This document shows, in pieces, positions 37,910-47,367 of a stretch of DNA of 64,000 nt. The notes under the pieces were generated by a model. That model was not told where the DNA came from and did no database searches. It worked only from the letters and a program-made list of their open reading frames with translations. The stretch is taken from NCBI GenBank assembly GCA_964588985.1, contig CAZPQW010000003.1, positions 64,001-128,000 of the forward strand. The letters are read 5' to 3'. Within the stretch, counting starts at the first letter, position 1; every line of letters starts with the position of its first letter. The DNA comes from an uncultured Solirubrobacteraceae bacterium (GTDB lineage Bacteria > Actinomycetota > Thermoleophilia > Solirubrobacterales > Solirubrobacteraceae). The position numbers were made by a program, and so were the translations under genes.

Positions 37910-39267
37910 GAGCCGATCAGCCCGACTGTCTGCAGGAACGAGTCGATCCCGTACGCGGCGCCGCAGCAGCCGACGAACGTGATCACGACGATCCCGATGA
38001 GGTTCGTGGATCGCTTGTTGACCCACGGCCCCATCAGCTCGCGGTCGTTGGCGAGCGTGAGCACGAACAGCAGGCTGACGGGCAGCAGCACGGTCGCGAG
38101 CACGTTCGCGTTGAGCGCGATCGACAGCAGCGGCGCTCCGGGGATGAGGATCACGGCGGCGGCGATCAGGGCGACACCGACGTTGACCGCATGGAAGACG
38201 GCGGCGTTGCGCGGCGAGGTGTTGAAGCTGTGCGACACGCCGACGCATTCGCCGGCCGCGTAGGCGGTGCTGGCGGAGATCGTGAGGATCGCGACAGCCC
38301 CCGCCTCGATGAGCCCGAGCGCGAAAAGCGTCCCGGCGGCGCTGCCGGCGACTTTCGAGAGCGCGGCGGGGAAGCCCGCGCCGGCGAAGCCCTGGATGCC
38401 GGAGCCGCTGTGCAGCAGCGCGGCTCCGGCGATCAGCGCCCCGATGCCGAAGATCGAGGCGAGCACGGCGCCGAGCGCGGTGTCGTAGCGGCCGTGGCGC
38501 ACGTCGGCTGGCGTCATGCCCTTGTCAGCCGAGGCGCTCTGCTGGAAGAAGATCATCCACGGGGTGACGGTCGCGCCGATCGTGGAGGCGAGGAGGAGCA
38601 GCAGGGTGTTGAGGCTCCCGTGTGGCAGCGGGCTGAACGACAGCGAGCTCGCGAGCGTGCCGAAATGGGGTTTGACGATGATCGCCACCACGAGGAACAG
38701 GCCGTTGAACGCGGCCAGGCCGAGCACGGTGCGCTCCCAGCGCCAGTAGCGCCCGCCGCTGAGCGTGAACAGCACGAGTGTCAGGCCGAGCGCCACCGCG
38801 ACGCCCGAGCCGAGGTGGAAGTACGCGAGGCCGACGCGAATGGCGACGAACTCCGCGACGAGCGTGACGAGGTTCGTCAGGCACAGGTCCCCGGCGCCGA
38901 ACCATCCCCAGACCTTGCCGTAGCGCTGCAGCACGAGCTCGCCGTAGCCGCGATGGGTGACCGCGCCGATGCGCATGCACATCTCCTGGCATACGAACGC
39001 CATCGCGAACAGCACTGGGATGAACGGCACGAAGAAGCCGAGCCCGTACTGCGCGCCATCGGAGGCGTAGCCGATCATGCTCGGCCCGTCGTTCTCGCCG
39101 AGCATCGCCAGCAGGCCCGGGCCGACGAGCAGCCACAGCAGTCGCCCGCGCTTGTTGGCGGCCCGCGCGTGGTGCACGCGAGAGCGGTCGTGCGCTCGCG
39201 CGATGTCCTCGTCGGTGAGTTGGCGCTGTCCGAGGAGGGGGGATGCGGTGATCTCGGGGGCGGCCAT
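37906..39267 (-). CDS. NRAMP family divalent metal transporter
   Basis: GPGLLAMLGENDG, QEMCMRIGAVT, GATVTPWMIFFQQS; multiple TMs. Confidence 0.88.
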   Translation of the reverse strand: MAAPEITASPLLGQRQLTDEDIARAHDRSRVHHARAANKRGRLLWLLVGPGLLAMLGENDGPSMIGYASDGAQYGLGFFVPFIPVLFAMAFVCQEMCMRIGAVTHRGYGELVLQRYGKVWGWFGAGDLCLTNLVTLVAEFVAIRVGLAYFHLGSGVAVALGLTLVLFTLSGGRYWRWERTVLGLAAFNGLFLVVAIIVKPHFGTLASSLSFSPLPHGSLNTLLLLLASTIGATVTPWMIFFQQSASADKGMTPADVRHGRYDTALGAVLASIFGIGALIAGAALLHSGSGIQGFAGAGFPAALSKVAGSAAGTLFALGLIEAGAVAILTISASTAYAAGECVGVSHSFNTSPRNAAVFHAVNVGVALIAAAVILIPGAPLLSIALNANVLATVLLPVSLLFVLTLANDRELMGPWVNKRSTNLIGIVVITFVGCCGAAYGIDSFLQTVGLIGS

Positions 39268-39269
39268 CC

Positions 39270-39986
39270 TCAGCGCTTGCTCTCCCGCAGCTCGCGTGCC
39301 CTTCCGGGCGGGCCGTCGACCTGCACGCGCATTGCCCCCGCAAGCTCGCCACCGATGGCGTGCTCGCGCTCGCCGAAGATCACGAACAGCGGGCCCCCGA
39401 ACGGCTGCCGCTCGCGCACCAGGAACCGTTCTCCCGGCGAGATCCCGCGGTCGGCGAGATAGCGCAGCATCCCGGGATCGGAATCCGAGACTCGCACGAA
39501 CAGGCCTTCGTCGCCGGGCATCATGCTCTCCATGTCGTGGGTCAAGGGCTCGTTGAGCTCGAGCTCCGCAGTCGGAATCGGGTCGCCGTGAGGATCGACG
39601 GCGGGGTGCCCCAGCTTCGCCGCGATCAGCGCCTCCAGGTCCTCCGAGAGAACGTGCTCGAGCACCTCCGCCTCGGCGTGCACGCGATCCCACGGCATGC
39701 CGAGCGCCTCGGCCAGGTAGCTCTCGAGCAATCGGTGGTGGCGGATGACCTCGAGCGCGATCCTCCGGCCGTCGTCGGTCAGGCGCACGCCGCGGTAGGG
39801 GACGTGGTTGATGAGACCGAGCTCGTCAAGGCGTTTGAGCATCGCCGAGACCGAGCCCGAGGTGATGCCGAGTCGATCGGCGAGCGCCGTCGTCGAGACC
39901 GGCTCCTCGCCGCGCGATTCGAGCGAGAAGATCGCCTTGGAGTAGTCCTCCACAGCGGGCGTGCGAAGCAGTTCCTTGCCTGTCAT
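39270..39986 (-). CDS. DtxR/MntR family metal-dependent repressor with FeoA domain
   Basis: EDYSKAIF, RHHRLLESYL, EAEVLEH, DPHGDPIP. Confidence 0.93.
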   Translation of the reverse strand: MTGKELLRTPAVEDYSKAIFSLESRGEEPVSTTALADRLGITSGSVSAMLKRLDELGLINHVPYRGVRLTDDGRRIALEVIRHHRLLESYLAEALGMPWDRVHAEAEVLEHVLSEDLEALIAAKLGHPAVDPHGDPIPTAELELNEPLTHDMESMMPGDEGLFVRVSDSDPGMLRYLADRGISPGERFLVRERQPFGGPLFVIFGEREHAIGGELAGAMRVQVDGPPGRARELRESKR

Positions 39987-39993
39987 GAGCTGA

Positions 39994-40012
39994 GATTATG
40001 GCATACCAAATC
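39994..40012. promoter_or_regulatory. putative DtxR/MntR operator
   Basis: Imperfect AT-rich palindrome GATTATGGCATACCAAATC 8 bp upstream of the regulator start codon. Confidence 0.5.
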
Positions 40013-40034
40013 ATTAGTCGAGGCGACTCGACAA

Positions 40035-40056
40035 GATGATGACGGCCGTCATCATC
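40035..40056. repeat. perfect 22-bp palindrome
   Basis: GATGATGACGG|CCGTCATCATC. Confidence 0.85.
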
Positions 40057-40235
40057 GGCCTGCATCTGCTCTCCGTCGATCCCATCTGTGGTCCGCGATG
40101 GCAACCCTCAAGCGAGTCGCACGTTCATCATGTTTCCCATTCGCAGCCCGGCTGCTAAAGCGCCTAAATCCCTGCTAATACGCTGCGTCTCCATAGGAGG
40201 GAATAAGAGCGTTGTCTGTCTACTACTGACAACTA

Positions 40236-40264
40236 TTGCAACTCTTCGGCATGTCTGTTAGACA
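40236..40264 (+). promoter_or_regulatory. putative sigma70-type promoter of secreted cassette 2
   Basis: TTGCAA-N17-TAGACA with extended -10 TG. Confidence 0.5.
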
Positions 40265-40353
40265 ACGTGCTGTCCCCAAAGTGTCTGGCTACATCCAGGC
40301 GCAGGGGATAGAAGCGACGGCCCCGAGCGTACCGTCCCATAAACGGGGATATA

Positions 40354-40426
40354 CCGCACGGAGTCGAGTCGAACCATAGTCACGATCTGGCCGTACGGCC
40401 AGCTCACAACAACGGGAGCACGATGC
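40354..40426 (+). promoter_or_regulatory. conserved leader motif, copy 2
   Basis: CCGCACGGAG..CGAACCATAGTCACGA-CTGGCCGTACGGCCAG-CTCACAACAACGGGAGCACGATG. Confidence 0.5.
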
Positions 40427-40623
40427 GCAAGACTCTCTACGGTCGGGGAACTGTCCCTACGGGGCTCTGCACGACGGATGTCGGCATGTCTGAATTCGCG
40501 GTCGGACGATTACCGCAGCGCGAATCAGCGATCGGCGCCTGCGGGAGAAGTCCGTACACAGGGCTCGGCGAGCTAGATATCGACTTGCGTCCTCATGCTC
40601 CTCATACAAAGGAGCGGTAAGCA

Positions 40624-41193
40624 ATGCAACGCATCAAGCTCGTAGGACTCGCCCTCGTGGCCGTGTGCGCCATTGGCGTCACGTCGGTTGCGAGCGCGGG
40701 AGCAAGCAACTTCTTAGCATCCGCGACCGGTGCACTGACCGGCAAAGCATTACAGAACCAGAAATTCGTGACCAAAGCGGGCGAAGTCGTCTGCACCACG
40801 ATCGCAGTCAGCGGCACAGTGAAAACAACGAAAGCCACAACGCAGGTCGCCACGGTGAACTACACCGGCTGCAAAGCCTTCGGGCTCGCAGCGACGATCA
40901 CGCCGGCCGAATATGAATTCAACGCCAATGGCTCGGTCAAGATCCTCAACAACATCATCATCACCGCGACGGCATGTGAAGTGAAAGTCCTCGCGGCGAA
41001 CAACACCTCGCTGAACACCGTCAAATACGTAAACAACGGTGGTGGCCAGCTCGGAATCAACCCCGCTGTCAAGGGCATCACGTCAGAAGGCGTTGGCGCC
41101 GGGTGCACCTACGCACTGGAAAGCAAAGGCACGTACGAAGGTAACTCCGACTCCGGCCTCAAAGCCGGCGGAACCCTAAGCTGGGACGCGTAG
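40624..41193 (+). CDS. secreted Cys-containing beta-rich protein (small subunit of cassette 2)
   Basis: AAAGGAG RBS; signal peptide; YTGCKAFGLAATITPAEYEFNANGSV motif shared with three paralogues. Confidence 0.88.
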   Translation: MQRIKLVGLALVAVCAIGVTSVASAGASNFLASATGALTGKALQNQKFVTKAGEVVCTTIAVSGTVKTTKATTQVATVNYTGCKAFGLAATITPAEYEFNANGSVKILNNIIITATACEVKVLAANNTSLNTVKYVNNGGGQLGINPAVKGITSEGVGAGCTYALESKGTYEGNSDSGLKAGGTLSWDA

Positions 41194-41231
41194 TCCCTTG
41201 TCGTAACGACGCGCCATGTTGTTACATGGTC

Positions 41232-41257
41232 ACGTCATGTAGTGACGTCATGTAGTG
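41232..41257 (+). repeat. 13-bp tandem direct repeat
   Basis: ACGTCATGTAGTG x2. Confidence 0.8.
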
Positions 41258-41364
41258 TTTGCTGTTAGTGTACGGACGGTGGCTGCCTTCTCGGTGGTCA
41301 CCGTCCGCATTTCAGAGTCTTAGTCGTCAAGGGGAATAAATTGAAGACATGTCGGGAGACTGCA

Positions 41365-43719
41365 ATGCGCGGTTGGACGGTGTCGATTCGTGGCGCTCTC
41401 ACCGGCATCGCCATGGCCATAGCATTGTCCGCGCTGCTCGCTGCGACGCTGCTGTTTGAGTCCGGCGACGCCTTCGCCCTCTCGTCCTGTCCAAATGCCG
41501 CCGAGATCACGGGGGCATCGACCTCGCTTCCCGATTGCCGCGCCTACGAGAAGGTCTCCCCGACAGAAAAGGGTGGCTTCGCATCAATCACGGCGGGGCT
41601 CACACCCGTTCAGCTTTCCCCCGAAGGCGAACGAATCGCCTATTTCGGAAATGAGGCCTTCCCTGGAGCGCTGGGTAACACCGCGTTGTTGGCTGCGCAC
41701 GTCAGCGCTCGATCCGAAACCGGCTGGGAAACAACCGAGCTAACGCCAGAAGTGCCCATCGCCGAAGCGGCGAAGGCCTACGTGGTCGGCTATGACTTCT
41801 CGAAGGACGTTTCACAGGCGGTCATCCGCGTACCGCTGGTCGCACTGACGCCGAAAGCGACACCGGGGGTCTTCAACCTCTTCCTGCGCGATCCGAGCGG
41901 AGCCTACTCGCTGGTGAACAACGCGCAGCCAACGGTCTCGGCCGAAGCACAGTGCCCCGTGGCGCTGCTTGCGATCTGCTTCTTCATCGCCGACTTCTCG
42001 GCATACGCCGGCGCGTCTGAAGACGAGTCGCACATCCTCTTCGAGTCGACCTCGCAGCTCACGCCCGAAGCGCCCCCGCCAGTAGAAGAAATTCCCGTCG
42101 AAAGCCTCTACGAAAGCTCCGGCGGGCACGTTCGGCTTGTCGGCATCCTGCCCAGCGGCAGCCCCGCCACCAGCGCGACGGCCGGCGCTGGCAGCAAGGC
42201 CGCGTACACCACTGGCGAATACATCGACAGGCGCGTGGAAAACGCGATCTCGAAAGACGGCTCGCAGGTCGTCTTCCAGGCACCCGCCGGTGGCGGCGAA
42301 GGCGAACCGGACATCGAACAAGCCGGCCTCCCGGAGGTCTACGATCGGATCGACGCTGAAACGACCGTCGAGCTGTCGGCCCCTGCGCCAGGGCCAGCGC
42401 CGGCCGTCACGACCCCTGAGCCGGCAACGTTCTGGGCTGCCTCCCAAGATGGGTCGCACGTCTTCTTCACAAGCAGCGCCGAGCTGACCGCACAGTCGAA
42501 CACGGGCAGCGAAAACAACGGCGCCGACCTATACGAATACAACGTCGACAGCCGGTCGCTGAAAGACATCACCGTCGACACGAACGGCGCGGACGCCACG
42601 ACGGGGCCGATGGTTCAGGGTGTCGTCGGCGCGTCGAGCGACGGCTCGTACATCTATTTCGTGGCGCTGGGTCAGCTGGTCCCCGGCAAAGGCGTCGACG
42701 GCCAGCCGAACCTCTACATGGAGCACAACGGCGGCAACCCGGTGTTCATCGCCACGCTGAGCAGCTCCGGAACGTGTTCGCTGCGCTCGGAAAAAAGCAG
42801 CGCGGATTCCTGCGACTGGACCGCCTCTCCAGCAGAACTCGAGGCGTACGTCGGGCTCGACGGAAGGCATATGGCATTCATGTCGACGATGAGCCTGCCG
42901 ACGGCGAACTTCGAATCGGGATACGACAACACCGACCAGATCACGGGCGAAGCCGACAGCGAGGTTTACGAGTTCAGCGCCCCGAGCGAATCCGAAGAAT
43001 CGGGGAGGCTGATATGCGTATCGTGCGATCTCAGCGGCGCCCGACCGGTCGGCAACGCTCTGATAGGCGGCATCACGCAGCTGGTCGAATCAAAACCCGG
43101 TAAGCAGCCGTTTGCGGGGATGAGCACACCGTTTGCGCGCGTGCGCGCCCTGAACGAAGCCGGCACTCGAGTGTTCTACAGCGCTCCGGGTAGGCAGGGT
43201 CATCCATTCAGTCAGGTCTTCGAGTACGAGCAGGACGGAGAAGGCAGCTGCGAAACCGTTGGCGGTTGTCAATATCTCATCTCCGACCCCACCGGCGGCG
43301 CAAACGACCAGTTCCTGGGTACGAGCTTGGATGGTCGCGACGCTCTTATCGCCACGTCGAGCCGACTCACCGCGGACGACATCGACAATCTCTCCGATGT
43401 CTACGATGCTCGTGCTGGGGGAGGCTTCACGGTGCCAGTCGCCCCTGCCACGTGTGAAAACACGTGCCGCGAACCAGGCGCGACGCCCAGTGCTGGTCCG
43501 CCGTTGCTGAGCGCCTCGACAGGACCTTCCAGAAACCTGACGATCACCACGGCGAAGCCTCTGACGAGAGCACAGAAGCTGGCAAAGGCCCTGAAGGCAT
43601 GTCGCGCGAAACGCAGCAGACGCAAGCGCGCGAGCTGCGAGTCCGCGGCACGACGGCACTACGGCGAGAGGAAAGGGATGGCCACGAGGTCCGCGACCCA
43701 TCGGGGGGCGAAGCGATGA
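41365..43719 (+). CDS. secreted beta-propeller protein with basic Cys-Cys tail
   Basis: LPDCRAYEKVSP; S-x-DGS-x-VFF blades; tail AQKLAKALKAC...SCESAARRHYG; paralogue of 5467-7710. Confidence 0.85.
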   Translation: MRGWTVSIRGALTGIAMAIALSALLAATLLFESGDAFALSSCPNAAEITGASTSLPDCRAYEKVSPTEKGGFASITAGLTPVQLSPEGERIAYFGNEAFPGALGNTALLAAHVSARSETGWETTELTPEVPIAEAAKAYVVGYDFSKDVSQAVIRVPLVALTPKATPGVFNLFLRDPSGAYSLVNNAQPTVSAEAQCPVALLAICFFIADFSAYAGASEDESHILFESTSQLTPEAPPPVEEIPVESLYESSGGHVRLVGILPSGSPATSATAGAGSKAAYTTGEYIDRRVENAISKDGSQVVFQAPAGGGEGEPDIEQAGLPEVYDRIDAETTVELSAPAPGPAPAVTTPEPATFWAASQDGSHVFFTSSAELTAQSNTGSENNGADLYEYNVDSRSLKDITVDTNGADATTGPMVQGVVGASSDGSYIYFVALGQLVPGKGVDGQPNLYMEHNGGNPVFIATLSSSGTCSLRSEKSSADSCDWTASPAELEAYVGLDGRHMAFMSTMSLPTANFESGYDNTDQITGEADSEVYEFSAPSESEESGRLICVSCDLSGARPVGNALIGGITQLVESKPGKQPFAGMSTPFARVRALNEAGTRVFYSAPGRQGHPFSQVFEYEQDGEGSCETVGGCQYLISDPTGGANDQFLGTSLDGRDALIATSSRLTADDIDNLSDVYDARAGGGFTVPVAPATCENTCREPGATPSAGPPLLSASTGPSRNLTITTAKPLTRAQKLAKALKACRAKRSRRKRASCESAARRHYGERKGMATRSATHRGAKR

Positions 43720-46700
43720 CGCCACTGGGACCAGGTCGCATGCGAGCAACGAGGCGCGGTCGCCGAGGGGCGTGCCTGACGGTCATGGCAATGGTGCTGT
43801 GCATAGCGCCGAGGGCCGCGACGGCCGCAACGCCAGCGGCACATTGGACCGCGATCACCCAGGCAGCGCCTACATACCTCCATCCGGGTGATACCAGCGA
43901 TTTCTTCGAAATCATCGCCGATAACGACGGTTCGGCAACGGCGGGAGGACCGATCGTCATCACCGATCAGCTTCCGGCTGGTCTGGCTGTGAACGCTGCC
44001 ACCGCCTACGCGGAAATCCTCGGTGTGCGAGAGACATCGTTCGAAGAATTCCTCGAACCCTGCACGCAGGAAAGCAAAGCAGGCGCCGTGACGCTGACAT
44101 GCACGATCAACGCGAACGTGCCGATCGGCCGCGCGGTCGTGCTGAACATCAACGTCCAAGTGCCCGAAGGCGCAGCGGGAGCGCTTACGAACACGGCGAC
44201 GATCTCGGGGGGTGGCGCGCCGCAAGCCACGACCACCGTGACGGCACCCGTAAAACCGGCCTCAGAAGAAGCCGTGCCATTTGGAGCCGCGCTCACGGCC
44301 GACGCGACCGACGCGAGTGGGGGAGTCGCATCGCAAGCTGGAGCGCATCCCTTCATGTTCACCACGCTTTTGGACTTCAATGTCGCAAAGGTGAACCCGA
44401 TAGAGGAATGCAACGAAGGTCTCACGCACAGCTGCGCTGAACTGAACGCACAGGCCAAGGACATCGAAGTGGCCCTGCCGGCAGGTTTCGTGGTCAACCC
44501 CACGGCGATCCCCTACTGCACGCAGGCGCAGTTCGAACTCAGCCGAGAAAGCTGTCCGGCGGCATCACAGGTCGGCAGCATCTATCTGTACTTCTATTCG
44601 AACCAAACAGCCGTCCAGTATGCGCCTGTCTACAACATCGAACCGCCTCCGGGAGAGCCCGGCGAGCTCGGCTTCACCATCAGCACCACGGCTCATATCT
44701 CCATGTACGGCCACGTGCGCAGTGACGGAGACTACGGACTTACCGCCGACATCTCAGGCATAAATCAATTCGACCCGGTGCGAGCCGCGGCCCTATCACT
44801 CTGGGGCAACCCATCCGATGAAGCCCACAACGTGCTTCGCCTGACCGAACTCCAGACCTGCGAACCGGGCGAAGGCTGCTCGAGCGGCGTCATCTTGCCG
44901 AAACCGTTCCTGACGATGCCGACGAGCTGTTCGGCGGAACCGCTGGCCATTCCGATAGCGGGCGACTCCTGGCAGGAACGCAAGCCGGCGCCTTACCCGC
45001 ACCTTGGGGAAGCGAGCATCCCCGGAATGACCGGCTGCGATCAGCTCAGGTTCAACCCATCCCTAACGGCGCAACCAAGCAGTCATCGGGCCGGCGCGCC
45101 GACCGGATATGAGCTCGACCTGAAGGTGCCGCAGAACGAAGAACTCAACGGGCTCGCGACACCATCCGTCCGCAACGTCGAAGTGACACTGCCGGAAGGC
45201 ACGGTCGTCTCGCCGTCGGGGGCCAACGGGCTGGTGGCGTGCAGCGCAGCGCAGTTCGAACTGACGCAGCGCGCAAAGGGCCACTGTCCGAGCGCGTCCA
45301 AGATCGGATCGGTGGAAATAACGACGCCGCTCTTGAAGGACAAGGTCAACGGGGCGCTGTACGTCGGCGAACCAGAATGCTCGCCCTGCAGCCCCAGTCA
45401 AGCCGAATCTGGGCAGATGGTGCACCTCCTGCTCGAAGCCGAAGGCTCCGGTGTCGTCATCAAGCGCGAAGGACACACACGCATCAGCCAGGCGGGGGGA
45501 CAGCTGACGGCGGTCTTCACCGAAAACCCGCAGCTTCCGTTCAGCGATCTGCACGTCTCGCTCGAACAGGGACCAGGTGCTCCGCTTGTCAACTCGAGCA
45601 CATGTGGATCGACGATCACGACTGCCGCGATCACCCCGTGGAGCACGACGACAGCGTCGAAAATCGCGGCGCCGGAAGCGTCGATCGAAGGCTGTGCTCC
45701 TGAAGGCTTCGCGCCATCGTTCCGGGCCGGCGCGACCACCAGCGCCAAGTCCGGTGCGTTCACGGGCTTCTCGGTCACCATGTCGCGTGCGGACGGCGAA
45801 CAGAAGCTCGGGCGGGTCAGTGTGACCACGCCGCCCGGGATGCTGGGCGTGCTCAAGAGCGTCGAACAGTGCTCCGAAGCAGCGGCTAACGCGGGAACGT
45901 GCTCGGGAGCCTCGCAGATCGGGACGGGCTCGTTCACGCTTGGCGCAGGCTCAACGCCACTGACGATCAACGGCGGAAAGGTCTACCTCACCGGCCCATA
46001 CGAGGGCAAGCCATTCGGTCTCTCGATCGTCGCACCCGCGCAGGCAGGACCGTTCGTCCTGGCGGGGAACGCGGGGAACGGCACAGAGGTCGTGAGGGCG
46101 TCGATTGCTATCGATCCACACACCTCCGCGCTTACCGTAACGAGCGATCCGCTGCCACAGCAGCTCAACGGCGTGCCATTGAGCATCCGGACGATCAACA
46201 TCGACATCAATCGCGAAGGCTTTACATTCAACCCCACCAACTGCGACGCGATGTCTGTCAACGGAGTGATCGTGAGCGCGACCGGGACCATCAGCAACGC
46301 GTCGTTCCCGTTCCAGGCGACTGACTGCGGGATCCTCCCGTTCAGGCCAAGGTTCACGGCGACCACACAGGGCAAGACGAGCAAAAAAAACGGAGCGTCC
46401 CTGCACGTGAGAGTCACCTCGGGTCACGGGCAGGCGAACATCGGGAAAGTCAAGGTGAGTCTGCCGATCCAGCTGCCGTCGAGGTTGGCGACGCTGCAGA
46501 AAGCGTGCATCGACAGCGTCTTCGAAGCCAACCCAGCCTCGTGCCCCGCTGCGTCTGCGGTCGGACAAGCCACGGCGATCACGCCGCTGCTGAAGCGCCC
46601 GCTGACCGGGCCGGCATATCTTGTGTCGCACGCTGGTAGGGCGTTCCCCGACCTGCAGATCGTCCTGCAGGGAGAAGGCATCAACCTGGTCCTCACCGGC

Positions 46701-46961
46701 AACACGGACATCAAGAAAGGCGTGACCTCGAGCACCTTCAAAGCCGTTCCCGATGCACCGATCACGAGCTTCGACCTCGTGTTGCCCGAGGGTCCTCATT
46801 CGGTGTTCGCGGCATTCGGCAACCTCTGCACCAGCACGCTGAACATGCCAACGATCATCACCGGGCAAAACGGCGCGGTGATCAAACAGACGACGAAGAT
46901 CGCCGCGACCGGCTGCCCGAAGCGCAAGACCAGCAAGCACTCGACCACGAAGAAAGGCTGA
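43716..46961 (+). CDS. large secreted Cys-repeat protein with DUF11-like Ig domain
   Basis: ATGA overlap; ITDQLPAGL/NTATISGGG; QAGAHP; four Cys repeats; basic tail; paralogue of 7703-11062. Confidence 0.85.
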   Translation: MTPLGPGRMRATRRGRRGACLTVMAMVLCIAPRAATAATPAAHWTAITQAAPTYLHPGDTSDFFEIIADNDGSATAGGPIVITDQLPAGLAVNAATAYAEILGVRETSFEEFLEPCTQESKAGAVTLTCTINANVPIGRAVVLNINVQVPEGAAGALTNTATISGGGAPQATTTVTAPVKPASEEAVPFGAALTADATDASGGVASQAGAHPFMFTTLLDFNVAKVNPIEECNEGLTHSCAELNAQAKDIEVALPAGFVVNPTAIPYCTQAQFELSRESCPAASQVGSIYLYFYSNQTAVQYAPVYNIEPPPGEPGELGFTISTTAHISMYGHVRSDGDYGLTADISGINQFDPVRAAALSLWGNPSDEAHNVLRLTELQTCEPGEGCSSGVILPKPFLTMPTSCSAEPLAIPIAGDSWQERKPAPYPHLGEASIPGMTGCDQLRFNPSLTAQPSSHRAGAPTGYELDLKVPQNEELNGLATPSVRNVEVTLPEGTVVSPSGANGLVACSAAQFELTQRAKGHCPSASKIGSVEITTPLLKDKVNGALYVGEPECSPCSPSQAESGQMVHLLLEAEGSGVVIKREGHTRISQAGGQLTAVFTENPQLPFSDLHVSLEQGPGAPLVNSSTCGSTITTAAITPWSTTTASKIAAPEASIEGCAPEGFAPSFRAGATTSAKSGAFTGFSVTMSRADGEQKLGRVSVTTPPGMLGVLKSVEQCSEAAANAGTCSGASQIGTGSFTLGAGSTPLTINGGKVYLTGPYEGKPFGLSIVAPAQAGPFVLAGNAGNGTEVVRASIAIDPHTSALTVTSDPLPQQLNGVPLSIRTINIDINREGFTFNPTNCDAMSVNGVIVSATGTISNASFPFQATDCGILPFRPRFTATTQGKTSKKNGASLHVRVTSGHGQANIGKVKVSLPIQLPSRLATLQKACIDSVFEANPASCPAASAVGQATAITPLLKRPLTGPAYLVSHAGRAFPDLQIVLQGEGINLVLTGNTDIKKGVTSSTFKAVPDAPITSFDLVLPEGPHSVFAAFGNLCTSTLNMPTIITGQNGAVIKQTTKIAATGCPKRKTSKHSTTKKG

Positions 46962-47110
46962 CGAGGACCGGAGCCCGCAAGTTCCTCGAAGCGTTTCTAA
47001 CTAGCGCGAAGTTGTAGCGCTCGGGCACGCATGGCCCCGATCGAATGAGCCGGGCTGGGGGTAGTAGGCCTCAAATGGCTCCGAGGTACGCTCCATCTCT
47101 TGCGGAAGTG

Positions 47111-47177
47111 CGCACCTCGGAGCCGAACCATAGTCACGACCTCGGCCAACGGGCCTAGATCACAACGACCTAGAGCG
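47111..47177 (+). promoter_or_regulatory. conserved leader motif, copy 3 (orphaned)
   Basis: CGAACCATAGTCACGA identical to 40370-40385, preceded by GGAGC and followed by GGCC..GGCC and TCACAAC. Confidence 0.5.
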
Positions 47178-47275
47178 TAAAGCCATTTCGGGACCGCGGC
47201 TGCGATTAGTTTCGAAGTCTGGGCACGAGCTGACCCTGAGCACCCGGTCCCCGGCCCCGCGGCAACTGATGCACT

Positions 47276-47367
47276 CCCGGCCAATTGGAACTGCGGACCC
47301 CAGCGACCCTAGACCTTGCGACGGTCTCCGTGGGGCTCAAAACCAAACTGATGCACTACCCCCATAC
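47276..47367 (+). repeat. diverged copy of the IS right end (direct repeat of 50413-50503)
   Basis: ~90-bp direct repeat with about 7 differences counted by eye; ends in AAACTGATGCACTACCC-CCATAC. Confidence 0.9.

Noticed and set aside
46382-46391. A-run in the large cassette gene as a phase-variable tract
   Set aside because: Short, in frame, and encodes Lys-Lys-Asn matching the paralogue's basic motif.
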